Both the position numbers and the translations under genes were made by a program. A stretch of 64,000 nucleotides of DNA, taken from contig OZ037771.1 in the NCBI GenBank assembly GCA_964035545.1, positions 5,985,190 through 6,049,189 on the forward strand, written 5' to 3'. Origin of the DNA: Bugula neritina. Its lineage: Eukaryota; Animalia; Bryozoa. A model generated the notes under the pieces. The model saw only the letters and a program-made list of their open reading frames with translations. It searched no databases and had not been told where the DNA came from. Below are positions 36,938 through 50,700 of this stretch, one piece after another; the stretch's first letter is position 1, and each line of letters starts with the position of its first letter.

Positions 36938-37989
36938 CTTTCTTCCTGAAATATGTTTGAATGGAAAAATATCTTACATAAAGCAATATTTTATCATTAT
37001 ACTAAGTGAATTAACCTAATAATATTTTGAAATTTTGATATATAAAATATAACTAATTTTGTAGCTACTTATAGGTTTTATCAACATGTATCGATGTGAA
37101 TTATATGATATTTAGGCACTCATTGTAGGTCAATTATTCTGCATAAAATATAATTGCATTTATTGTGCAAAAAAGTGTATTACAAGATCATTTGTTGATA
37201 TTTACCTTTAACCAAGTTTCTGTCCAGTTCAAGCGGCAAATATTCTTCAATTACGATGCATCAACACATTTCAATATATTTATATATGCAGTGGCACATA
37301 AGTAGATAAAACTAATTAAATATTCAGTTGCCATGACAACAGAACAAAAAATAAATGTGTAATTTTCTTGGCTCCAACTGAACATAAAAAGAGCAGTTTG
37401 AGACACTGGAACGTGTGTGTCATGGCAATTAATAGCTGAAATGGAAAATTTGTGAGAGATATCACATCTTCTATTATCAGCAGCACATAGAATATTATAT
37501 ATATAAATATATAAATATATATATATACAAATATATATATATAAACATGTGGGTTACCAAGAAGCTTGATCAACTAGCAGTTAACTGCTTAAATCAACTT
37601 TTGTCTGATGTAGGCATCTGATTACTCAGTCCCCAGACACTTTAGAGCTCACTTACTAGAACGTTTCCGGTTTAGGGTTAATGTATTTTCTCTGTAATGA
37701 CATCAAAAAGTTTTGACAGGACGGCAAATTTTTTGCTACTTGAAAGGAAGGGATTGGCAAATATAGAACCCATTAGATAGAGTTGTGTCTATAAATAAGC
37801 CATAATCATACTGATTACACTGTCAATGCAGTCACCGCATATAATTTACACCCACATAATTATACTGTGTGTAATATAATGTACATATTATTATACTGTG
37901 TATAATATACATTTACATATACAAAGTATATAATGCACATCTATTGTACATATACCCAGTACAATGTACATCTACATATTATACACTGC

Positions 37990-38160
37990 ATTTCTATTGC
38001 TTCGAATTATGCAAATGGATTTTTCCTTCGATGTTTGGGAACAGTTGCATAGAATTAAATCACAACCATACATGTAAGTTAATGCAACCGGCAACCACAA
38101 GGTCATCCATTCAAACATCCGTACGGATCCATTCAAAGCAATGGAAACGCGGTGATACAG
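37990..38160. repeat. Old dispersed repeat, homologous to 43355-43505
   Basis: Shared GAAT.AAATCACAACCATA...GTTAATGCAA.C..CAACC.CAA...ATGG..ACGC.GTGAT. Confidence 0.6.
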
Positions 38161-38712
38161 AGTATTACGTACAACTACAAGAGCTACATTACAGTTGCAA
38201 CATACAAACATTCAACTCTCAAAGCTACAACTTTACACACTGATGAAAGGCTAAATATCAAATGTTTCTGAACTAAATTTATCCAATGCATCTTTCTTAA
38301 TAAAACGTTTGCTTTAAATCCTGTACATTTTGCAGATGAGTTGCTTTGCTGAAAGACACATTGAAGTTCTTAGTCTAACGTTTAGTTAACACAGGACTAT
38401 GTTGTGACACAAGAAATGTGCTGTGACAAATATTTTCATAGAAATTGTAATAAAATTTTATTCAAGTGACCATAAAGTTCAATAATAACATTGATAAGCC
38501 AAGAAAAAACAAGGAAAAAGTAAGTAAAATAAAATATTTAACCTATGAATAATTAATACAACAATGTTACACAGCTACCAAGTGTGTATAATATTTGAGT
38601 GTGTTTGTATAGTGTGTAGTCTTTGAGTGTATATAGTCTTTGTATAATTCGTATAGTATTTGAGTGTGTTTGTATATTGCACCAGTATATTTGAAGACAT
38701 CTTCGTTTCTCT

Positions 38713-41700
38713 TTAAACGATCTCTTCAATATTTGATCTTCTCAGCTCGGAATGACCACTGAAAGCAGACAATGTTAACTGTAGTTACAACCATATTATA
38801 TGATATTACAATATTCTATTATATTTTATTACACTATATTATGTTATACTACGTTATATTATACCATGTTATATTATACTATATTATATATACTATATTA
38901 CATTAGATTACAACTAGCAATAAGTATATCATAATTATCTATAACTATAGTTCCATCATCATAAATGGAATACATTTCTGTACACCCAGCAAGAGCATTG
39001 TTCTAGTGAACTGCACAGCGACAGTAATCTACCCACCCTGCATGTAACGTGGTGAGGTAAGGTGAACAACTGCACAATACACAGACATATGGAGAGTCTC
39101 CCACCTTTTCATATTCGGTAAGACAATGTGCACAATAGAAATCTATTTCATGATATAATTTATTATCTGCATATAAATAATACTCCAATGCTAGTGCGAC
39201 AAATTAGAGAATACATTAAGACATTATTAAATGAATATTTTACCCAAGCATAGACGACACAGCGAAATGAGCAGACGACTCTATATAGAACTATATATAG
39301 TCTAGTATACAACAGTTATATATAACCTAAAACTATACTATAATATATTATTTATAATATAAAGTTATACTATATAATATTGCATATAATATAAAGATAT
39401 ACTATGCTATATGATGTTGCATATAATATAAAGATATACTATGCTATATGATGTTGCATATAATATAAAGATATACTATGCTATATGATGCTGCATATAA
39501 TACTACCTTTGGGCTTGATTATTAGAAAATAAGAAGAAATGACTCACTCAATGTTTTTCCCAATCTTATAATAATGTTCCACTCCAATCCTGTGGCCGAG
39601 AATCTCCACAAACTGGGTGTCGTGTGTGATGATAATGAGCTGGAAGTTACGCTGAGCTTGCCGAGAACGAGTTATACTGGAGAAAGAAAGAGAAGTTAGA
39701 GGTATCAGAATAGCAAGAGCTAGTCACTGCTGCATAAATCAGCATTACATGGAAGACAGAGTTTAGTTGCTTTTATATTACACAGTGAAATATATGAGGT
39801 ATACTTCCCATTTGACGCTATATCAATAGACAGCATGTGCATAGCATCACTAAGGGACAAGATAACCAGTGTTCACCAGGCTATGATGCCCCTGTCTATG
39901 TACTGCACGTCACAAGATGAAGAACAACTTACTCAGCTAGAGCACAGGCTAGACTCTCAATATTCTCTACGTCCAGATTGGTTGTCGGCTCATCTAGAGC
40001 CAGGATACCACAACTCAGGCAGAATGTCTCGGCTAGAGCCAGACGTATGATGAGTGACGCTAATACCTGCATACGGTACAGTGTATACAGTACATTATAC
40101 AGTGTATACAGTACATTATACAGTGTATACAGTACACTATACAGTGTATACAGTACATTATACAGTGTATACAGTATATTATACAGTGTATACAGTATAT
40201 TATACAGTTTATACAGTACATTATACAGTTTATACAGTACATTATACAGTTTATACAGTACATTATACAGTGTATACAGTATATTATACAGTACATACAG
40301 TACACTATACAGTGTATACAGTACATTATACAGTACATTATACAGTACATACAATACATTATACAGTGTATACAGTACATTATACAGTGTATACAGTATA
40401 TTATACAGTGTATACAGTATATTATACAGTTTATACAGTACATTATACAGTTTATACAGTACATTATACAGTTTATACAGTACATTATACAGTGTATACA
40501 GTATATTATACAGTACTTACAGTACACTATACAGTGTATACAGTACATTATACAGTGTATACAGTACATTATACAGTACATACAGTACACTATACAGTGT
40601 ATACAGTACATTATACAGTACATTATACAGTACATACAATACATTATACAGTGTATACAGTACATTATACAGTGTATACAGTATATTATACAGTGTATAC
40701 AGTATATTATACAGTTTATACAGTACATTATACAGTTTATACAGTACATTATACAGTTTATACAGTACATTATACAGTGTATACAGTATATTATACAGTA
40801 CTTACAGTACACTATACAGTGTATACAGTACATTATACAGTGTATACAGTACATTATACAGTACATACAGTACACTATACAGTGTATACAGTACATTATA
40901 CAGTACATTATACAGTACATACAATACATTATACAGTGTATACAGTACATTATACAGTACGTTATATAGTTTACACAGTACATTATACAACCTGTACAGT
41001 GCATATAGTATAGTAAATACAGTTTATACAGTGTATACAGTACACTATACAGTGTATAGAGTATACAATATATACAGTACAGTGTATTATATAACATAGA
41101 TGGTAATAGACAGTAGTCAATATAATTGATTTGGTAAAACAAGAAGAATCAGAGCAGCAGTATTCAGGATACAACAGATTGATCTCTGCTACAACATTCC
41201 GCAAGTGTTACTAGATAATCCAGATTCTAATTACTGTATCATTTCTTTACATTATATACAAGTAGAAGTACACACTGCCCTAAGTTCACAGTCCATACTG
41301 CCTACTTGAGGGTGGAGTATGACCGACCCGAAGCATGAGAACTATTCTGGAGACGTCAGACTATCAGAAAAATGCACCAACCTTTTGTCCGGCACTGCAG
41401 CGCCCTCTCATATCCATCTGTGTGCCGTTTCGCACCATTACCACCCGGTAGTTGTACGTCTTTCTCTTGGAGATATCTACAGCCTCTCCATGATCATCAT
41501 TAGCACTGTCTGAGCAGATCTCAATGTAGTCGATATCTAACCAGGGAATATATTAGATGATGTGTAGAGTTAATACAGCTGTTTACAGTTACTATATTTC
41601 CATAAGTTGATACCATGTCTCAGCATGGCGAGTCAGGTAACAAGAAACTACAGTATGAAGATGCAATTTTTATGAAATTGATAAAATTTCTTTATTTCTC

Positions 41701-44700
41701 AACTACATTGTAGAGAACAGGAAAATCTATAATTCATAGATATTATGTTATTGTAAAAGATTGTCATTTTGCCATAGAAAAAGTTAAAACAAAGCAAATG
41801 AGAACTGAAAACTGAAAAGTGAAGCAGCAACCCATAATGTGTATATAAAGTAGTACACAGCACAGAAATCTCACCGTGGCCACGATACGTCTCTTTCCAA
41901 AGATCTTTGATAATTCTGTTAAGGTCAGCCATTTTGTTCTGATGGTATTGCATGATGGCTCTGTCCAACGCTTTGTAGTATTTGTCCAGGTCTGTCACAA
42001 CAACCTTATTTACCTGCAGTTCAACGTAGCAATGTCAATTGTTTTACCTGCTGCATAATGTCCTAATGTTAGCTACCATACCTGCAGTATAGTGCAGTAG
42101 TGTACACTAGTCTACCTGTCAGACACCTGTCATACACCTGCCACCTATCTGCCATGCACTTGTCACACACCTGTAATACACCTGTCACACACCTGCCATA
42201 CACCTGTCATACAGTGTTCTAGTGACAAATAACCTACATGCACAGTGGTGTCACAACTCATCACACACCTGCAAGGCAATACTCTGCTTCATGTACACAG
42301 CCTGCGCATCTTTCAACTCCTTCGCATTGAGTTCTAAGGTGAGAGCTTTTAGCTGTTCTTCTCTCATCTTTTTCCTTTCTGTGGCAGCAACTTTCTACAG
42401 ACAATTGTGTTCATATACATATATAATACTCTGTGATATACTATATTATACTCTGAGATATAATATACTCTGTGATATACTATATTATACTCTGTGATAT
42501 ACTATATTATACTCTGTGATATACTATATTATACTCTGTGATATACTATATTATACTCTGTGATATACTATATTATACTCTGAGATATACTATATTATAC
42601 TCTGTGATATACTATATTATACTCTGTGATATACTATACTATACTCTGAGGTATACTATACTATACTCTGAGATATACTATATTATACTCTGAGATATAC
42701 TATATTATACTCTGTGATATACTATATTATACTCTGAGATATACTACTCTGTGATATACCATATTATACTCTGTGATATACTATATTATACTCTGTGATA
42801 TACCATATTATACTCTGTGATATATTATACTATACTCTGAGATATACTATATTATACTCTGTGATATACTATATTATACTCTGTGATATACCATATTATA
42901 CTCTGTGATATACTATATTATACTCTGTGATATACCATATTATACTCTGTGATATATTATACTATACTCTGAGATATACTATATTATACTCTGTGATATA
43001 CTATATTATACTCTGAGATATACTATATTATACTCTGTGATATACTATATTATACTCTGAGATATAACAGTCTCACTTCATTCACAAGCTGGTCCTGTCT
43101 GTTCACCAACTCATCTCGCTGCTCCGACAGCCGGGCAGGTTCCAGTCCACCGAGTTTTAGATTTATCTTCTCCATGTCCTTAGCGCACTCTGCGGCTTCC
43201 TCTACTTTAGCTCTGTACCGTAAGTTGTCCTTCAGCTCTCTCTCCCGCAGCTGAAGGACAAAATCGTATCTTACACATAGGAATATACAACTAACATTTA
43301 CCACAATACATTGCTCTAATTATAGAAATAGAACTCATTCACTACGTCCCCATTTTTCGCATTATGTGAATTGATTTTTCACTCAATGCATGGGGACAAT
43401 GTCAGTCGAATGAAATCACAACCATAGGTTAATGCAAGCCTCAACCGCAAATCCATATGCGCCATACCGGACAGGTCCTTCCGAATCATGGGTACGCAGT
43501 GATTAATAACATTCGACTGCACACAGAATTAACACTTAGTACATGTACCAACACTTAGTACATGTACCAACACTTAGCACATGTACCAACACTTAGCACA
43601 TGTACCAACACTTAGCACATGTACCAACACTTAGCACATGTACCAACACTTAGCACATGTACCAACACTTAGCACATGTACCAACACTTAGCACATGTAC
43701 CAACACTTAGCACATGTACCAACACTTAGCACATGTACCAACACTTAGCACATGTACCAACACTTAGCACATGTACCAACACCGTGTATTAAATCTCTCA
43801 AGTTATAAAACAAACCCTCTGCTCTGACAGCAACTTGTTAAGTTCGTTGATTTCATTCGTGTGCAACTCTCTAGTTTTCTCGCATTCCTTCGTCTTGGCG
43901 CGAACTCTCTGCAGCTTCTCTTCAACCTCAGAGAGCTCCTCGTGTTTCTTATCGGCAACATACCTGGATGAACACGAGACTGCTTAAGAACGAAGACAGA
44001 GTTTAGAAGGTCTGGAGGAGTCTCAAGTCAACTACTAGTAAGTCAAGTCTCAAGTCAGCTACTAATTAGAGTCAAGTCTCAAGTCAGCTACTAGTAAGTC
44101 AATATAATTGTGTCAAATTTTCAGTTTTATTGAGTTTTCATGTACTGATTAGTAATATTTGACTTATTCAGTTTCTCAAATAAACCACAGCAAATCCAAT
44201 ATTGTCTAAGAAATTATTAACACACCCATATATTACTAAACTATCTAACTCAGAAAAGAGAAGGTAAACTACAACATAAGTAATGAAAGCCAAGCTCTTT
44301 ACCTGCCAATATCTGATTGGACTTTACTGAGTCCATCAAGTTGAGACGCCAGAGTTTGTTTCTGAGCAGCTAGCTCTTCCAGTCGGCTTTCTTTCTGGTT
44401 CCGTATTCTCCTCTTTTCAGCCAACTTACTCTCAATTTCTTTCTCAACAGGATGAAGTTGATCAGTCAGTTCCTGAAATACATCTTAATATAACAGTTCA
44501 GCACATCTGGTGAACATAACTTATATACTGTAACTAACTACACTGTAACCTAACTATAATGTAACCCAACTAACTATACTGTAACCTAACTAACTATACT
44601 GTAACCTAACTAACTACACTGTAACCTAACTATACTGTAACCTAACTAACTACACTGTAACCTAACTAACTGTACTGTAACCTAACTAGACTGTAACCTA

Positions 44701-47700
44701 ACTAACTATACTGTAACCTAACTAACTGTACTGTAACCTAACTAACTAGACTGTAACCTAACTAACTATACTGTAACCTAACTAACTATACTGTAACCTA
44801 ACTAACTATACTGTAACCTAACTAAATACACTGTAACCTAACTAACTATACTGTAACCTAACTAACTACACTGTAACCTAACTAACTATACTGTAACCTA
44901 ACTAACTATACTGTAACCTAACTAACTACACTGTAACCTAACTAACTATACTGTAACCTAACTAACTGTACTGTAACCTAACTATACTGTAACCTAACTA
45001 ACTATACTGTAACCTAACTAACTGTACTGTAACCTAACTATACTGTAACCTAACTAACTGTACTGCAACCTAACTAACTATACTGTAACCTAACTAACTG
45101 TACAGCAATGTAACTAACATTAAACATATTATTAACGTAGATTCGTCTTCTATCATACTGTAGTCAGTCTGAAACCTCTCTATTGAGAAGCATGGGTTTT
45201 GACTCAATAAATTACAAGTTTAATTCTAACCTAACAAATCACAACTCATACTTTTTTCAACTCTTCATGATTTAGATGGACAACTCCTAAACTTGTGTAC
45301 CTCAACTTCCTGTTGCAGTTTGGTGACTTCTTCCTGTAAAGATGTCTTCTGCTCTTCCATCTTGTGTTTCTCCTGCACGCCCTGCTGGATCTTCAACTTG
45401 TCAGCATTCAAGTCATTCACTTTGGCTCTTAACCTCTGAACTGAGTCGTTGTGTTTGCTGATTTTCTTCTGCTGCCGCTCCGCACTCCTGGTCACAGTGT
45501 CACTACATAAAGTATCAGTAGTCAGTCATGGGTCATTTTACTTAATATAGTACACACTGGAAATCTCCAGTTTTTAGCTATTTTTCACAATTTAGGTGCT
45601 AATGCACAAGGTTTTTTTCACAAAACTAGTAAAATATCAATAAATACACCTAAATAATCAAGGATCTTCTTAATTTTGCTTGATTTCCCATGTTTTTTCT
45701 AATTTATTTCGCTAATTTGGATTGCGGATCGTTATGGAAAAAACCATAACGGCCCCCATTTGAAAGTAGCTGAATAATTAGGAAAAAACATGGGATATCA
45801 AGCAAAAGTAAAAATAACCTCGATTATTTAGGTGTATTTATTGATGTTTTACTAGTTTTGGGCAAAAATCCATGTTCATTAGCCGCTAAATTGTAAAAAA
45901 TAGTTAAAAACTGGAGATTTCCAGTGTGTACTATATTAAGTAAAATGACCCTCGTGGCACAGAGACTGCCCAGCAACCTCTTATCACAGATACATGTCGG
46001 GGAAACGAGGAAACGGTGCAGTGATCGGCAGAGATGTACAGAAAAACTTCATGAAACAAGTTATTCTCTTTTTATGTGAACTCTAATTTAGAAGAGAGTA
46101 CAGAGTCCCATTGTTTATGAGTATGGAGGATTCTCTGCTATGTTTGTCCATTGAATGGTGAAACTGCGTCCAAACTACGTATAAACAACAAATCAACATC
46201 TGAAGTCTAATAGCTGCAGCCATGGCATGCTGGGCAGAGATATCAAACTTGTGAAATACAACGTAAAATTATCACTGGCAATATAAGAATTCATAATCTA
46301 TATAAATTGACTTTTAATAATATACTATTACTAGCAGTGAGTAGTGAATGATTAGTAGGAAGTAGATAGTAGTGAAGAGTTAGTAGTAAGTAGGTAGTAG
46401 TGAAGAGTTAGTAGTAAGTAGGTAGTAGTGAAGAGTTAGTAGTAAGTAGGTAGTAGTGAGTAGTGAGTGACTAGTAGTAGTGAGTATGTAGTAGTGAGTA
46501 GTAAGTAGGTAGTAGTGAGTATTAAGTAGGTAGTAGTGAGTAGTAAGTTACTAATAGTGAGTAGTGAGTGACTATTAGTGAGCAGTACAGAGTGAGTGAC
46601 TAGACTTACAGAATACAGAGAGACAGTGAAGATACCACAGAGAAGACTTACTACTTGATTTGTATATCGTCTTCTTCTTCTGTTATGACATCCACACTCC
46701 TCGTCACCTCTACGTTTACAGTATAATATATTGAATGATACAGCTCTACGTTTACAGTATAACATATTGAATGATACACCTCTACGTTTACAGTATGATA
46801 ATATATTGAATGATACACCTCTACGTTTACAGTAGAATATATTGAATAATACACCTCTACGTTTACAGTAGAATATATTGAATGATACACCTCTACGTTT
46901 ACAGTATGATATATTGTATAATACACCTCTACGTTTACAGTATGATATATTGTATAATACACCTCTACGTTTACAGTATGATATATTGTATGATACACCT
47001 CTACGTTTACAGTATGATATATTGTATAATACACCTCTACGCTTACAGTATGATATATTGAATAATACACCTCTACGTTTACAGTATAATATATTGTATA
47101 ATACACCTCTACGTTTACAGTATGATATATTGAATGATACACCTCTACGTTTACAGTATAACATATTGAATGATACAGCTCTACGTTTACAGTATGATAA
47201 TATATTGAATGATACACCTCTACGTTTACAGTAGAATATATTGAATAATACACCTCTACGTTTACAGTAGAATATATTGAATGATACACCTCTACGTTTA
47301 CAGTAGAATATATTGAATAATACACCTCTACGTTTACAGCAGAATATATTGAATAATACACCTCTATGTTTACAGTATGATAATATATTGAATAATACAC
47401 CTCTACGTTACACCACATTCATGCCTATCCTGTCAGAGCTACCTAAATAACTTACTTTTATTTTAAAATCTCGCCGTTTGTGAACCTCTGATGGTAATGG
47501 CTTTGTTAAGCAGGCTAAGGATCTATTTTTACCAAATTACCGCAAGGTTTTAGTATAGCCTCATTAAAACAATGGCCGGTAAGCTTACCAAGTTGGCTGA
47601 TTTTGCTCTGTTGGAGTTGTACTTTCTCTTCAAGCTGAGATATATCAGATGCTAGCTGGTCTAGTTTATAGACATCAGATAATATGGCTTTCATAGACTC

Positions 47701-50700
47701 CTCATCATCTAGTCTCATAGACACGTCTCCTTCCAGCTACACAACCAGATATATAACATAACCTTCTAGCTACACAACCAGATATATAATATAACCTTCT
47801 AGTTACACAACCAGATATATAACATAACTATCCAGCTACACAACCAGATATATAACATAACCTTCCAGCTACACAACCAGATATATAATATAACCTTCTA
47901 GCTACATAACCAGATATATAATATAACCTTCTAGCTACATAACCAGATATATAACATAACCTTCCAGCTACACAACCAGATATATAATATAACCTTCTAG
48001 TTACACAACCAGATATATAACATAACCTTCTAGCTACACAACCAGATATATAATATAACCTTCCAGCTACACAACCAGATATATAATATAACCTTCTAGC
48101 TACATAACCAGATATATAATATAACCTTCCAGCTACACAACCAGATATATAACATAACCTTCCAGCTACACAACCAGATATATAATATAACCTTCTAGCT
48201 ACACAACCAGATATATAACATAACCTTCCAGCTACATAACCAGATATATAACCTTCTAGCTACACAACCAGATATATAACCAGCCATATATATAACATAA
48301 CCATATAGATAATATAACCATATATATAACATAACCATATAGATAATAAAACCAGATATATAACATAACCACATATATAAAATAACCATATGCCTACAAA
48401 ACCATATATATAAGATAACCATTTAGCTACACAACTAGTGAAACATGCTTACAGTGTGGTGTTATAATACTGTAGTGACAGTCATGGCACTGAATAGTCA
48501 TCTCATCACAGCTAACTAAACCAGTACAGTGAAATCACAACCAAAATGCTTTTCTGAAGCGAATCAAAAATATACTATGAGAGAAATCCATTCCCTAACT
48601 CTTAACAATACTAAATTGCTTGCTAATACCCAATTATGTATTTATTTCTCTAAAGAATAAGTTTGGCTATTTTTATTTTATAAAAATAGCCAAACTTAGT
48701 CAACTTCATAAGGCGGTTCTAGGTAAGCATGAGTGTGGGGAGACAATTTTAATATTAAAACCAAATAAGAGAAACATTAGAAAAGAGACTATCCGTACCT
48801 TTGACATAGCTAATTTCTTGGTCTCTATCTCTTTGCTGATGTCAAACATACTTTCCCGGTGTGCAGGCAACTCCTTCTCAAGTTCACGCAGCTGTATAAA
48901 ACACAATCAATAGAGTTATCTTTCAATACACATACTGGACTCTATACTGCAAATTTCATGACACAAAGTGAAAGCAATACTACAGAAATCATAGCACCTG
49001 CTGCAAAGTGTCATGCTTGGTGGATTTATTACCTGATGTATCTGTGGGACCAGGTGTTGAAGTTTCTCGTGTTTGGCCTGAAATTTCTCGAGCTCCTTCT
49101 CGCAACTCTCCAATCTTGCAGGTAACCCTTGCACTGTCTTCTCCAACTACATGCATATAGCAAGTCACGCATGTCACACAACCTGACATTGGCTGACACA
49201 AGTTGTTATTGGTTGACAAAATTTGCTAGTGGTTGACACCAACTGCTATTAGTTGACGCAATTTGCTATTAGTGGACACGCCGTGATTTTCTTTTAAACC
49301 AATAAAAGAACCAAGTGTCCCACTAACTCATAGGCAGCCAGAACGATCTTTTGGCAGACCACTACACATTTAGTGAACCCAAAAGATAAGGCAGAAATTA
49401 CTAGCTAGTTGCTCTCTTGCAATGAAAAACCACCAAAATTCATCTTAAATTTCAAAAGAAGACCTGAATATTGAGAAAAATAACTGGAAATAAGAAAGCA
49501 GGCAAAAAAGGTAAAAGCAGATAAGGAAAGAGAAGAGAGACTAAGAAGAGATCAAGAGAGCTTAGCATCTGTGACTCACCTCATTGGCTAGTTCATCTAC
49601 TTCCTCTTCCTCGGAGAAAGGACGCTTACACAAAGGGCACTTCTGCTCACTCTTAGGCTTGTCTGCATCTGTTAACATTCCATGATATCGTGCAAACATG
49701 TTTTTCACTCCGTGTAGCAGGCCTCGGTCACTAGGAGATATAAAGATGTGTCGTTAAGTACGAGAATACTGTTGAAATACAAAAGGGCACAGAAGTGAGA
49801 GAGCCGTGACTTCATGTTTACTAAAGGTAAGATGCCTAGTTTAGCTTATTTCACCACATACCAAAAAACATCTAAACCAAAAGTGCTACGGTCTACAGTG
49901 CAGCTAGCTAAAACAGCTGTAGATGTGAGAACGTACTGTGAAAGTAAACTGGGCATATGATAAATTATTCCATGTATGAATAACTTACTCTTGCTTGGCA
50001 GCGATTCTGTTCGCGTAGTCAGCCAACGTGTCATCAAAACGATTGATGTCGCACTCTGCTGTTACCTTTGAAGTTATCTTGGCAATGCTTGACTCACAAC
50101 TGGTCACCTTTTCTCTGCCAACAGAACATACACACAGATAAAACTCAATAAATCAAAGTGGCTGACTTGACTATACAAATTTTTAGCTCTCCTAAAGTCA
50201 TCAACAAATAACTGTGTCAGTTAGGTTTATCAACATTACGCGTAAGTTGCTTCAAAAATATAATCCAGTTTGCAGGTAGTTTGCTTTAAAAATACACGCC
50301 AGTTCACCTGGTGATGCAAGTATTATGTATATAATACGCATTTTATTATTTCTCCCTATTGGTATAAAGTAGGAACCAAAGAAACTCAATCTGCTGAGGA
50401 TTGAGTGTACATGAAGTAAGATGATGTAAACTAGCAAATATTTCTAAAGTACACATGACCAAGGGTTAGTTTGGCTTAGTATGGACCACGTGTTTGACGC
50501 AGTGTGGCATGTGTACTTAACATAGTTTGATTAAATTCGACACAGTTCGACTATTTCTAAACTACACATGACTAAGGGTAAGTTTGGAAATGAACCATAT
50601 GTTCGACACAGTTTGACATGTTTGTTTGACTTAATTTGACAGAGTTAGGCGCGTCTGTATGCAGTGAACAAGTTACCCAGCAGCAGAATGCTTCATCTCC

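Noticed and set aside
39978-41142. Long ORFs (319-373 aa) on both strands
   Set aside because: They are translations of a stop-free 21-bp intronic minisatellite in RAD50, not genes.
46436-47418. 242-255 aa repetitive ORFs
   Set aside because: They come from the 36-bp intronic repeat; only ~46652-46710 is a real RAD50 exon.
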